A DNA stretch of 64,000 bases from Macrostomum hystrix (Eukaryota > Animalia > Platyhelminthes), in NCBI GenBank assembly GCA_950097015.1, contig CATNEN010000010.1:1426001-1490000 (forward strand), given 5' to 3'. The notes under the pieces are model-generated. The model was not told the DNA's origin, made no database searches, and saw only the letters and a list, made by a program, of their open reading frames with translations. Of this stretch, positions 1 through 13,873 are shown piece after piece. Both the position numbers and the translations under genes were made by a program. Numbering within the stretch: position 1 is the first letter of the stretch; each line of letters starts with the position of its first letter.

Positions 1-3000
1 ATAATTCAATTGAGGTGAAGTATGCAGCCCTAGACTATAAATACAGGTGAAACCAGCAAAAGCTTATCTACCGTATAATATGGAGATAATTCAATTGAGG
101 TGAAGTATGCAGCCCTAGACTATAAATACAGGTGAAACCAGCAAAAGCTTATCTACCGTATAATATGGAGATAATTCAATTGAGGTGAAGTATGCAGCCC
201 TAGACTATAAATACAGGTGAAACCAGCAAAAGCTTATCTACCGTATAATATGGAGATAATTCAATTGAGGTGAAGTATGCAGCCCTAGACTATAAATACA
301 GGTGAAACCAGCAAAAGCTTATCTACCGTATAATATGGAGATAATTCAATTGAGGTGAAGTATGCAGCCCTAGACTATAAATACACGTGAAACCAGCAAA
401 AGCTTATCTACCGTATAATATGGAGATAATTCAATTGAGGTGAAGTATGCAGCCCTAGACTATAAATACAGGTGAAACCAGCAAAAGCTTATCTACCGTA
501 TAATATGGAGATAATTCAATTGAGGTGAAGTATGCAGCCCTAGACTATAAATACAGGTGAAACCAGCAAAAGCTTATCTACCGTATAATATGGAGATAAT
601 TCAATTGAGGTGAAGTATGCAGCCCTAGACTATAAATACAGGTGAAACCAGCAAAAGCTTATCTACTGTATAATATGGAGATAATTCAATTGAGGTGAAG
701 TATGCAGCCCTAGACTATAAATACAGGTGAAACCAGCAAAAGCTTATCTACCGTATAATATGGAGATAATTCAATTGAGGTGAAGTATGCAGCCCTAGAC
801 TATAAATACAGGTGAAACCAGCAAAAGCTTATCTACCGTATAATATGGAGATAATTCAATTGAGGTGAAGTATGCAGCCCTAGACTATAAATACAGGTGA
901 AACCAGCAAAAGCTTATCTACCGTATAATATGGAGATAATTCAATTGAGGTGAAGTATGCAGCCCTAGACTATAAATACAGGTGAAACCAGCAAAAGCTT
1001 ATTTACCGTATAATATGGAGATAATTCAATTGAGGTGAAGTATGCAGCCCTAGACTATAAATACAGGTGAAACCAGCAAAAGCTTATCTACCGTATAATA
1101 TGGAGATAATTCAATTGAGGTGAAGTATGCAGCCCTAGACTATAAATACAGGTGAAACCAGCAAAAGCTTATCTACCGTATAATATGGAGATAATTCAAT
1201 TGAGGTGAAGTATGCAGCCCTAGACTATAAATACAGGTGAAACCAGCAAAAGCTTATCTACCGTATAATATGGAGATAATTCAATTGAGGTGAAGTATGC
1301 AGCCCTAGACTATAAATACAGGTGAAACCAGCAAAAGCTTATCTACCGTATAATATGGAGATAATTCAATTGAGGTGAAGTATGCAGCCCTAGACTATAA
1401 ATACAGGTGAAACCAGCAAAAGCTTATCTACCGTATAATATGGAGATAATTCAATTGAGGTGAAGTATGCAGCCCTAGACTATAAATACAGGTGAAACCA
1501 GCAAAAGCTTATCTACTGTATAATATGGAGATAATTCAATTGAGGTGAAGTATGCAGCCCTAGACTATAAATACAGGTGAAACCAGCAAAAGCTTATCTA
1601 CCGTATAATATGGAGATAATTCAATTGAGGTGAAGTATGCAGCCCTAGACTATAAATACAGGTGAAACCAGCAAAAGCTTATCTACCGTATAATATGGAG
1701 ATAATTCAATTGAGGTGAAGTATGCAGCCCTAGACTATAAATACAGGTGAAACCAGCAAAAGCTTATCTACCGTATAATATGGAGATAATTCAATTGAGG
1801 TGAAGTATGCAGCCCTAGACTATAAATACAGGTGAAACCAGCAAAAGCTTATCTACCGTATAATATGGAGATAATTCAATTGAGGTGAAGTATGCAGCCC
1901 TAGACTATAAATACAGGTGAAACCAGCAAAAGCTTATCTACCGTATAATATGGAGATAATTCAATTGAGGTGAAGTATGCAGCCCTAGACTATAAATACA
2001 GGTGAAACCAGCAAAAGCTTATCTACCGTATAATATGGAGATAATTCAATTGAGGTGAAGTATGCAGCCCTAGACTATAAATACAGGTGAAACCAGCAAA
2101 AGCTTATCTACCGTATAATATGGAGATAATTCAATTGAGGTGAAGTATGCAGCCCTAGACTATAAATACAGGTGAAACCAGCAAAAGCTTATTTACCGTA
2201 TAATATGGAGATAATTCAATTGAGGTGAAGTATGCAGCCCTAGACTATAAATACAGGTGAAACCAGCAAAAGCTTATCTACTGTATAATATGGAGATAAT
2301 TCAATTGAGGTGAAGTATGCAGCCCTAGACTATAAATACAGGTGAAACCAGCAAAAGCTTATCTACCGTATAATATGGAGATAATTCAATTGAGGTGAAG
2401 TATGCAGCCCTAGACTATAAATACAGGTGAAACCAGCAAAAGCTTATCTACCGTATAATATGGAGATAATTCAATTGAGGTGAAGTATGCAGCCCTAGAC
2501 TATAAATACAGGTGAAACCAGCAAAAGCTTATCTACCGTATAATATGGAGATAATTCAATTGAGGTGAAGTATGCAGCCCTAGACTATAAATACAGGTGA
2601 AACCAGCAAAAGCTTATCTACCGTATAATATGGAGATAATTCAATTGAGGTGAAGTATGCAGCCCTAGACTATAAATACAGGTGAAACCAGCAAAAGCTT
2701 ATCTACTGTATAATATGGAGATAATTCAATTGAGGTGAAGTATGCAGCCCTAGACTATAAATACAGGTGAAACCAGCAAAAGCTTATCTACCGTATAATA
2801 TGGAGATAATTCAATTGAGGTGAAGTATGCAGCCCTAGACTATAAATACAGGTGAAACCAGCAAAAGCTTATCTACCGTATAATATGGAGATAATTCAAT
2901 TGAGGTGAAGTATGCAGCCCTAGACTATAAATACAGGTGAAACCAGCAAAAGCTTATCTACCGTATAATATGGAGATAATTCAATTGAGGTGAAGTATGC

Positions 3001-6000
3001 AGCCCTAGACTATAAATACAGGTGAAACCAGCAAAAGCTTATTTACCGTATAATATGGAGATAATTCAATTGAGGTGAAGTATGCAGCCCTAGACTATAA
3101 ATACAGGTGAAACCAGCAAAAGCTTATCTACCGTATAATATGGAGATAATTCAATTGAGGTGAAGTATGCAGCCCTAGACTATAAATACAGGTGAAACCA
3201 GCAAAAGCTTATCTACCGTATAATATGGAGATAATTCAATTGAGGTGAAGTATGCAGCCCTAGACTATAAATACAGGTGAAACCAGCAAAAGCTTATCTA
3301 CCGTATAATATGGAGATAATTCAATTGAGGTGAAGTATGCAGCCCTAGACTATAAATACAGGTGAAACCAGCAAAAGCTTATCTACTGTATAATATGGAG
3401 ATAATTCAATTGAGGTGAAGTATGCAGCCCTAGACTATAAATACAGGTGAAACCAGCAAAAGCTTATCTACCGTATAATATGGAGATAATTCAATTGAGG
3501 TGAAGTATGCAGCCCTAGACTATAAATACAGGTGAAACCAGCAAAAGCTTATCTACCGTATAATATGGAGATAATTCAATTGAGGTGAAGTATGCAGCCC
3601 TAGACTATAAATACAGGTGAAACCAGCAAAAGCTTATCTACCGTATAATATGGAGATAATTCAATTGAGGTGAAGTATGCAGCCCTAGACTATAAATACA
3701 GGTGAAACCAGCAAAAGCTTATCTACCGTATAATATGGAGATAATTCAATTGAGGTGAAGTATGCAGCCCTAGACTATAAATACAGGTGAAACCAGCAAA
3801 AGCTTATCTACCGTATAATATGGAGATAATTCAATTGAGGTGAAGTATGCAGCCCTAGACTATAAATACAGGTGAAACCAGCAAAAGCTTATTTACCGTA
3901 TAATATGGAGATAATTCAATTGAGGTGAAGTATGCAGCCCTAGACTATAAATACAGGTGAAACCAGCAAAAGCTTATCTACCGTATAATATGGAGATAAT
4001 TCAATTGAGGTGAAGTATGCAGCCCTAGACTATAAATACAGGTGAAACCAGCAAAAGCTTATCTACCGTATAATATGGAGATAATTCAATTGAGGTGAAG
4101 TATGCAGCCCTAGACTATAAATACAGGTGAAACCAGCAAAAGCTTATCTACCGTATAATATGGAGATAATTCAATTGAGGTGAAGTATGCAGCCCTAGAC
4201 TATAAATACAGGTGAAACCAGCAAAAGCTTATCTACCGTATAATATGGAGATAATTCAATTGAGGTGAAGTATGCAGCCCTAGACTATAAATACAGGTGA
4301 AACCAGCAAAAGCTTATCTACCGTATAATATGGAGATAATTCAATTGAGGTGAAGTATGCAGCCCTAGACTATAAATACAGGTGAAACCAGCAAAAGCTT
4401 ATCTACCGTATAATATGGAGATAATTCAATTGAGGTGAAGTATGCAGCCCTAGACTATAAATACAGGTGAAACCAGCAAAAGCTTATCTACCGTATAATA
4501 TGGAGATAATTCAATTGAGGTGAAGTATGCAGCCCTAGACTATAAATACAGGTGAAACCAGCAAAAGCTTATCTACCGTATAATATGGAGATAATTCAAT
4601 TGAGGTGAAGTATGCAGCCCTAGACTATAAATACAGGTGAAACCAGCAAAAGCTTATTTACCGTATAATATGGAGATAATTCAATTGAGGTGAAGTATGC
4701 AGCCCTAGACTATAAATACAGGTGAAACCAGCAAAAGCTTATCTACCGTATAATATGGAGATAATTCAATTGAGGTGAAGTATGCAGCCCTAGACTATAA
4801 ATACAGGTGAAACCAGCAAAAGCTTATTTACCGTATAATATGGAGATAATTCAATTGAGGTGAAGTATGCAGCCCTAGACTATAAATACAGGTGAAACCA
4901 GCAAAAGCTTATCTACTGTATAATATGGAGATAATTCAATTGAGGTGAAGTATGCAGCCCTAGACTATAAATACAGGTGAAACCAGCAAAAGCTTATCTA
5001 CCGTATAATATGGAGATAATTCAATTGAGGTGAAGTATGCAGCCCTAGACTATAAATACAGGTGAAACCAGCAAAAGCTTATCTACCGTATAATATGGAG
5101 ATAATTCAATTGAGGTGAAGTATGCAGCCCTAGACTATAAATACAGGTGAAACCAGCAAAAGCTTATCTACCGTATAATATGGAGATAATTCAATTGAGG
5201 TGAAGTATGCAGCCCTAGACTATAAATACAGGTGAAACCAGCAAAAGCTTATCTACCGTATAATATGGAGATAATTCAATTGAGGTGAAGTATGCAGCCC
5301 TAGACTATAAATACAGGTGAAACCAGCAAAAGCTTATCTACTGTATAATATGGAGATAATTCAATTGAGGTGAAGTATGCAGCCCTAGACTATAAATACA
5401 GGTGAAACCAGCAAAAGCTTATCTACCGTATAATATGGAGATAATTCAATTGAGGTGAAGTATGCAGCCCTAGACTATAAATACAGGTGAAACCAGCAAA
5501 AGCTTATCTACCGTATAATATGGAGATAATTCAATTGAGGTGAAGTATGCAGCCCTAGACTATAAATACAGGTGAAACCAGCAAAAGCTTATCTACCGTA
5601 TAATATGGAGATAATTCAATTGAGGTGAAGTATGCAGCCCTAGACTATAAATACAGGTGAAACCAGCAAAAGCTTATCTACCGTATAATATGGAGATAAT
5701 TCAATTGAGGTGAAGTATGCAGCCCTAGACTATAAATACAGGTGAAACCAGCAAAAGCTTATCTACCGTATAATATGGAGATAATTCAATTGAGGTGAAG
5801 TATGCAGCCCTAGACTATAAATACAGGTGAAACCAGCAAAAGCTTATCTACTGTATAATATGGAGATAATTCAATTGAGGTGAAGTATGCAGCCCTAGAC
5901 TATAAATACAGGTGAAACCAGCAAAAGCTTATCTACCGTATAATATGGAGATAATTCAATTGAGGTGAAGTATGCAGCCCTAGACTATAAATACAGGTGA

Positions 6001-9000
6001 AACCAGCAAAAGCTTATCTACCGTATAATATGGAGATAATTCAATTGAGGTGAAGTATGCAGCCCTAGACTATAAATACAGGTGAAACCAGCAAAAGCTT
6101 ATCTACTGTATAATATGGAGATAATTCAATTGAGGTGAAGTATGCAGCCCTAGACTATAAATACAGGTGAAACCAGCAAAAGCTTATCTACCGTATAATA
6201 TGGAGATAATTCAATTGAGGTGAAGTATGCAGCCCTAGACTATAAATACAGGTGAAACCAGCAAAAGCTTATCTACCGTATAATATGGAGATAATTCAAT
6301 TGAGGTGAAGTATGCAGCCCTAGACTATAAATACAGGTGAAACCAGCAAAAGCTTATCTACCGTATAATATGGAGATAATTCAATTGAGGTGAAGTATGC
6401 AGCCCTAGACTATAAATACAGGTGAAACCAGCAAAAGCTTATCTACCGTATAATATGGAGATAATTCAATTGAGGTGAAGTATGCAGCCCTAGACTATAA
6501 ATACAGGTGAAACCAGCAAAAGCTTATCTACCGTATAATATGGAGATAATTCAATTGAGGTGAAGTATGCAGCCCTAGACTATAAATACAGGTGAAACCA
6601 GCAAAAGCTTATTTACCGTATAATATGGAGATAATTCAATTGAGGTGAAGTATGCAGCCCTAGACTATAAATACAGGTGAAACCAGCAAAAGCTTATCTA
6701 CCGTATAATATGGAGATAATTCAATTGAGGTGAAGTATGCAGCCCTAGACTATAAATACAGGTGAAACCAGCAAAAGCTTATCTACCGTATAATATGGAG
6801 ATAATTCAATTGAGGTGAAGTATGCAGCCCTAGACTATAAATACAGGTGAAACCAGCAAAAGCTTATCTACCGTATAATATGGAGATAATTCAATTGAGG
6901 TGAAGTATGCAGCCCTAGACTATAAATACAGGTGAAACCAGCAAAAGCTTATCTACCGTATAATATGGAGATAATTCAATTGAGGTGAAGTATGCAGCCC
7001 TAGACTATAAATACAGGTGAAACCAGCAAAAGCTTATCTACCGTATAATATGGAGATAATTCAATTGAGGTGAAGTATGCAGCCCTAGACTATAAATACA
7101 GGTGAAACCAGCAAAAGCTTATCTACCGTATAATATGGAGATAATTCAATTGAGGTGAAGTATGCAGCCCTAGACTATAAATACAGGTGAAACCAGCAAA
7201 AGCTTATCTACCGTATAATATGGAGATAATTCAATTGAGGTGAAGTATGCAGCCCTAGACTATAAATACAGGTGAAACCAGCAAAAGCTTATCTACCGTA
7301 TAATATGGAGATAATTCAATTGAGGTGAAGTATGCAGCCCTAGACTATAAATACAGGTGAAACCAGCAAAAGCTTATCTACCGTATAATATGGAGATAAT
7401 TCAATTGAGGTGAAGTATGCAGCCCTAGACTATAAATACAGGTGAAACCAGCAAAAGCTTATCTACCGTATAATATGGAGATAATTCAATTGAGGTGAAG
7501 TATGCAGCCCTAGACTATAAATACAGGTGAAACCAGCAAAAGCTTATTTACCGTATAATATGGAGATAATTCAATTGAGGTGAAGTATGCAGCCCTAGAC
7601 TATAAATACAGGTGAAACCAGCAAAAGCTTATTTACCGTATAATATGGAGATAATTCAATTGAGGTGAAGTATGCAGCCCTAGACTATAAATACAGGTGA
7701 AACCAGCAAAAGCTTATCTACCGTATAATATGGAGATAATTCAATTGAGGTGAAGTATGCAGCCCTAGACTATAAATACAGGTGAAACCAGCAAAAGCTT
7801 ATCTACCGTATAATATGGAGATAATTCAATTGAGGTGAAGTATGCAGCCCTAGACTATAAATACAGGTGAAACCAGCAAAAGCTTATCTACCGTATAATA
7901 TGGAGATAATTCAATTGAGGTGAAGTATGCAGCCCTAGACTATAAATACAGGTGAAACCAGCAAAAGCTTATCTACCGTATAATATGGAGATAATTCAAT
8001 TGAGGTGAAGTATGCAGCCCTAGACTATAAATACAGGTGAAACCAGCAAAAGCTTATCTACCGTATAATATGGAGATAATTCAATTGAGGTGAAGTATGC
8101 AGCCCTAGACTATAAATACAGGTGAAACCAGCAAAAGCTTATCTACCGTATAATATGGAGATAATTCAATTGAGGTGAAGTATGCAGCCCTAGACTATAA
8201 ATACAGGTGAAACCAGCAAAAGCTTATCTACTGTATAATATGGAGATAATTCAATTGAGGTGAAGTATGCAGCCCTAGACTATAAATACAGGTGAAACCA
8301 GCAAAAGCTTATCTACCGTATAATATGGAGATAATTCAATTGAGGTGAAGTATGCAGCCCTAGACTATAAATACAGGTGAAACCAGCAAAAGCTTATCTA
8401 CCGTATAATATGGAGATAATTCAATTGAGGTGAAGTATGCAGCCCTAGACTATAAATACAGGTGAAGCCAGCAAAAGCTTATCTACCGTATAATATGGAG
8501 ATAATTCAATTGAGGTGAAGTATGCAGCCCTAGACTATAAATACAGGTGAAACCAGCAAAAGCTTATCTACTGTATAATATGGAGATAATTCAATTGAGG
8601 TGAAGTATGCAGCCCTAGACTATAAATACAGGTGAAACCAGCAAAAGCTTATCTACCGTATAATATGGAGATAATTCAATTGAGGTGAAGTATGCAGCCC
8701 TAGACTATAAATACAGGTGAAAACAGCAAAAGCTTATCTACCGTATAATATGGAGATAATTCAATTGAGGTGAAGTATGCAGCCCTAGACTATAAATACA
8801 GGTGAAACCAGCAAAAGCTTATCTACCGTATAATATGGAGATAATTCAATTGAGGTGAAGTATGCAGCCCTAGACTATAAATACAGGTGAAACCAGCAAA
8901 AGCTTATCTACCGTATAATATGGAGATAATTCAATTGAGGTGAAGTATGCAGCCCTAGACTATAAATACAGGTGAAACCAGCAAAAGCTTATCTACCGTA

Positions 9001-12000
9001 TAATATGGAGATAATTCAATTGAGGTGAAGTATGCAGCCCTAGACTATAAATACAGGTGAAACCAGCAAAAGCTTATCTACCGTATAATATGGAGATAAT
9101 TCAATTGAGGTGAAGTATGCAGCCCTAGACTATAAATACAGGTGAAACCAGCAAAAGCTTATCTACCGTATAATATGGAGATAATTCAATTGAGGTGAAG
9201 TATGCAGCCCTAGACTATAAATACAGGTGAAACCAGCAAAAGCTTATCTACCGTATAATATGGAGATAATTCAATTGAGGTGAAGTATGCAGCCCTAGAC
9301 TATAAATACAGGTGAAACCAGCAAAAGCTTATCTACCGTATAATATGGAGATAATTCAATTGAGGTGAAGTATGCAGCCCTAGACTATAAATACAGGTGA
9401 AACCAGCAAAAGCTTATCTACCGTATAATATGGAGATAATTCAATTGAGGTGAAGTATGCAGCCCTAGACTATAAATACAGGTGAAACCAGCAAAAGCTT
9501 ATCTACCGTATAATATGGAGATAATTCAATTGAGGTGAAGTATGCAGCCCTAGACTATAAATACAGGTGAAACCAGCAAAAGCTTATCTACCGTATAATA
9601 TGGAGATAATTCAATTGAGGTGAAGTATGCAGCCCTAGACTATAAATACAGGTGAAACCAGCAAAAGCTTATCTACCGTATAATATGGAGATAATTCAAT
9701 TGAGGTGAAGTATGCAGCCCTAGACTATAAATACAGGTGAAACCAGCAAAAGCTTATCTACCGTATAATATGGAGATAATTCAATTGAGGTGAAGTATGC
9801 AGCCCTAGACTATAAATACAGGTGAAACCAGCAAAAGCTTATCTACCGTATAATATGGAGATAATTCAATTGAGGTGAAGTATGCAGCCCTAGACTATAA
9901 ATACAGGTGAAACCAGCAAAAGCTTATCTACCGTATAATATGGAGATAATTCAATTGAGGTGAAGTATGCAGCCCTAGACTATAAATACAGGTGAAACCA
10001 GCAAAAGCTTATCTACCGTATAATATGGAGATAATTCAATTGAGGTGAAGTATGCAGCCCTAGACTATAAATACAGGTGAAACCAGCAAAAGCTTATCTA
10101 CCGTATAATATGGAGATAATTCAATTGAGGTGAAGTATGCAGCCCTAGACTATAAATACAGGTGAAACCAGCAAAAGCTTATCTACCGTATAATATGGAG
10201 ATAATTCAATTGAGGTGAAGTATGCAGCCCTAGACTATAAATACAGGTGAAACCAGCAAAAGCTTATCTACTGTATAATATGGAGATAATTCAATTGAGG
10301 TGAAGTATGCAGCCCTAGACTATAAATACAGGTGAAACCAGCAAAAGCTTATCTACTGTATAATATGGAGATAATTCAATTGAGGTGAAGTATGCAGCCC
10401 TAGACTATAAATACAGGTGAAACCAGCAAAAGCTTATCTACCGTATAATATGGAGATAATTCAATTGAGGTGAAGTATGCAGCCCTAGACTATAAATACA
10501 GGTGAAAACAGCAAAAGCTTATCTACCGTATAATATGGAGATAATTCAATTGAGGTGAAGTATGCAGCCCTAGACTATAAATACAGGTGAAACCAGCAAA
10601 AGCTTATCTACCGTATAATATGGAGATAATTCAATTGAGGTGAAGTATGCAGCCCTAGACTATAAATACAGGTGAAACCAGCAAAAGCTTATCTACCGTA
10701 TAATATGGAGATAATTCAATTGAGGTGAAGTATGCAGCCCTAGACTATAAATACAGGTGAAACCAGCAAAAGCTTATCTACTGTATAATATGGAGATAAT
10801 TCAATTGAGGTGAAGTATGCAGCCCTAGACTATAAATACAGGTGAAACCAGCAAAAGCTTATCTACCGTATAATATGGAGATAATTCAATTGAGGTGAAG
10901 TATGCAGCCCTAGACTATAAATACAGGTGAAACCAGCAAAAGCTTATTTACCGTATAATATGGAGATAATTCAATTGAGGTGAAGTATGCAGCCCTAGAC
11001 TATAAATACAGGTGAAACCAGCAAAAGCTTATCTACCGTATAATATGGAGATAATTCAATTGAGGTGAAGTATGCAGCCCTAGACTATAAATACAGGTGA
11101 AACCAGCAAAAGCTTATCTACCGTATAATATGGAGATAATTCAATTGAGGTGAAGTATGCAGCCCTAGACTATAAATACAGGTGAAACCAGCAAAAGCTT
11201 ATCTACCGTATAATATGGAGATAATTCAATTGAGGTGAAGTATGCAGCCCTAGACTATAAATACAGGTGAAACCAGCAAAAGCTTATCTACCGTATAATA
11301 TGGAGATAATTCAATTGAGGTGAAGTATGCAGCCCTAGACTATAAATACAGGTGAAACCAGCAAAAGCTTATTTACCGTATAATATGGAGATAATTCAAT
11401 TGAGGTGAAGTATGCAGCCCTAGACTATAAATACAGGTGAAACCAGCAAAAGCTTATCTACCGTATAATATGGAGATAATTCGATTGAGGTGAAGTATGC
11501 AGCCCTAGACTATAAATACAGGTGAACCAGCAAAAGCTTATCTACCGTATAATATGGAGATAATTCAATTGAGGTGAAGTATGCAGCCCTAGACTATAAA
11601 TACAGGTGAAACCAGCAAAAGCTTATCTACCGTATAATATGGAGATAATTCAATTGAGGTGAAGTATGCAGCCCTAGACTATAAATACAGGTGAAACCAG
11701 CAAAAGCTTATCTACCGTATAATATGGAGATAATTCAATTGAGGTGAAGTATGCAGCCCTAGACTATAAATACAGGTGAAACCAGCAAAAGCTTATCTAC
11801 CGTATAATATGGAGATAATTCAATTGAGGTGAAGTATGCAGCCCTAGACTATAAATACAGGTGAAACCAGCAAAAGCTTATCTACCGTATAATATGGAGA
11901 TAATTCAATTGAGGTGAAGTATGCAGCCCTAGACTATAAATACAGGTGAAACCAGCAAAAGCTTATCTACCGTATAATATGGAGATAATTCAATTGAGGT

Positions 12001-12336
12001 GAAGTATGCAGCCCTAGACTATAAATACAGGTGAAACCAGCAAAAGCTTATCTACCGTATAATATGGAGATAATTCAATTGAGGTGAAGTATGCAGCCCT
12101 AGACTATAAATACAGGTGAAACCAGCAAAAGCTTATCTACCGTATAATATGGAGATGATTCAATTGAGGTGAAGTATGCAGCCCTAGACTATAAATACAG
12201 GTGAAACCAGCAAAAGCTTATCTACCGTATAATATGGAGATAATTCAATTGAGGTGAAGTATGCAGCCCTAGACTATAAATACAGGTGAAACCAGCAAAA
12301 GCTTATCTACCGTATAATATGGAGATAATTCAATTG
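1..12336. repeat. 85-bp tandem satellite, ~145 copies, begins before the window
   Basis: Unit ATAATTCAATTGAGGTGAAGTATGCAGCCCTAGACTATAAATACAGGTGAAACCAGCAAAAGCTTATCTACCGTATAATATGGAG starts at 1, 86, 171... About 30 substitutions plus one 1-bp deletion (~11526) in 12.3 kb. Ends abruptly after CAATTG at 12336. No spacers and no ORF. Confidence 0.99.
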
Positions 12337-13300
12337 CTAGACTCTTCACACCAAATGGAATTGGGGAAACGAGTTTATTTCATTCAGTCGATATGACTTA
12401 ACCTTTTTTAGACTTAGTTTTTTGTCTAATATGTAAATTTACTGATTGATTTGCATGGTGCTGCTTGACAGTGTTAGTTTATACAGATTTTAAATATGAC
12501 GCACCAAACAAGCTCCTATTTAGACAAAAACATATTTTGCTTGAGTAATTGCTTTTCTCAATTCGATTTACACAGAAGTTCACTTTCGAACATAAATAAA
12601 TTAGCACTTTCGGAGACTTCTGCTTTTCGTGATGCTGATCTCGACTGAGTGACGTCACTGACACAGGTAAAGGGCATAAATGCCGCACCTTTCATCTGTT
12701 CTTATATTATCTATTCCGATCTAATTTGCAAATTCTGAGGATGTGCTCAGAGTGAGAAATTAAATAATGCGAAAACGACAAAGTCAATACAAAATTTGCT
12801 ACTTAAAATACACAGCAAAATCTTAGTTCTGGAAATTGCATGCCCAGCAACAGCAACGCATTAAGCATCATTTTAATTAGTTTCTTGGCAGAAACCCTAA
12901 CAAAAGCAGGCCATTGTGCCTGTGTGTTGTGTAAGCACAACTGTTTGGACACATTACAGATGAGCTGAATACAAACATCAATTTACATTCTCGGGTATGC
13001 AAAAACTGCTTGCTTAGGAAAAATATTCATCAATAAGCTAATTTGATGGCAATTGAGGCCTATACGAATATCCAAAGATGTTTAGGTACCTGACCTCAAA
13101 CTTACTCAAATAGATAGCTTTCTGGTCTAATTTGCTAAGCTAAGAACAAATCAAATTAAGACGAATGCAGCATCCAGACAAGTGTGATCAGCGAGTCCGG
13201 AAGGCGATCGCCCTTCAATGGGCTGGACTTTTGTAAGGACAGCCGCTAGCTCCCGTTTCATCCCGTCCCTCGCACTGGCCACTATTGTCTATGGGCGCGA

Positions 13301-13873
13301 TCAGTCGCCACCAAGCAGGCGCCTGGCCGACTCGCCAGTTGTCATGGCAACAAGGCAGGCACCGACAGCGAGGCCGGCGAAGCCGCCCCTGGCCAGGCCT
13401 AGGAGGCCGGCTCGGCGGTCGCCTGCCATCAAGCTGGGCAGCTTGTAAGTCAGGCCAGTGAGCACGGAGGCTGCCATAGTGTTGATATTGTCGTCGGCGT
13501 CTCCGCGCGCTTTGGACAAAGCGAAGTCGTAGATGCCGAAGAACAGGCCGATGCAGCCGGCCGTCTGCGCCAGGGAGCCGCCGCTGCGCACCACGTGATT
13601 CAGCAGGTGACTGCGCCGTAGGGCCTGGCTGCTGAGGCTGCTCATCTGGGCGTCGGTCAGGCCGGAATAAAAGCCGCGCGCTCCGCCGACAGACACGCCG
13701 CCAAGGATGCAGCCACCAATGGTGGAGAAGGCTCGCTCGAAGCGGCCTCGTCCGTGGCTGCTGCCCTCCGGGAAGATGAACTGATCGGCACCGTCCGGCT
13801 GCACATTGATCAGGGCCGGGTCAAAGTTCAGGAATGGTGACATCATCACCGGTGACCGGTTGCTGTCAGACAT
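13301..13873 (-). CDS. TIMM23: Mitochondrial inner membrane translocase subunit Tim23 (190 aa, intronless)
   Basis: SPFLNFDP...FIFPEG...RGRFERAFSTIGG, N.V.R.G, and ARGDADDNINTMAAS..TG..YK match Tim23 family motifs. First ATG is at 13873; the track start at 13912 is a TTG. Stop TGA at 13301-13303. Confidence 0.93.
   Translation of the reverse strand: MSDSNRSPVMMSPFLNFDPALINVQPDGADQFIFPEGSSHGRGRFERAFSTIGGCILGGVSVGGARGFYSGLTDAQMSSLSSQALRRSHLLNHVVRSGGSLAQTAGCIGLFFGIYDFALSKARGDADDNINTMAASVLTGLTYKLPSLMAGDRRAGLLGLARGGFAGLAVGACLVAMTTGESARRLLGGD

Noticed and set aside
1-12336. CRISPR array, or a tandem small-RNA/SL-RNA gene cluster
   Set aside because: Units are head-to-tail identical with no spacers. 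The context is eukaryotic with no cas genes, and I recognise no SL or snRNA sequence in the unit.
12648-12659. Perfect 12-bp palindrome AGTGACGTCACT (CRE site)
   Set aside because: It is not near an identified promoter, and TGACGTCA also occurs at 24077 and 37103. There is no support for function.
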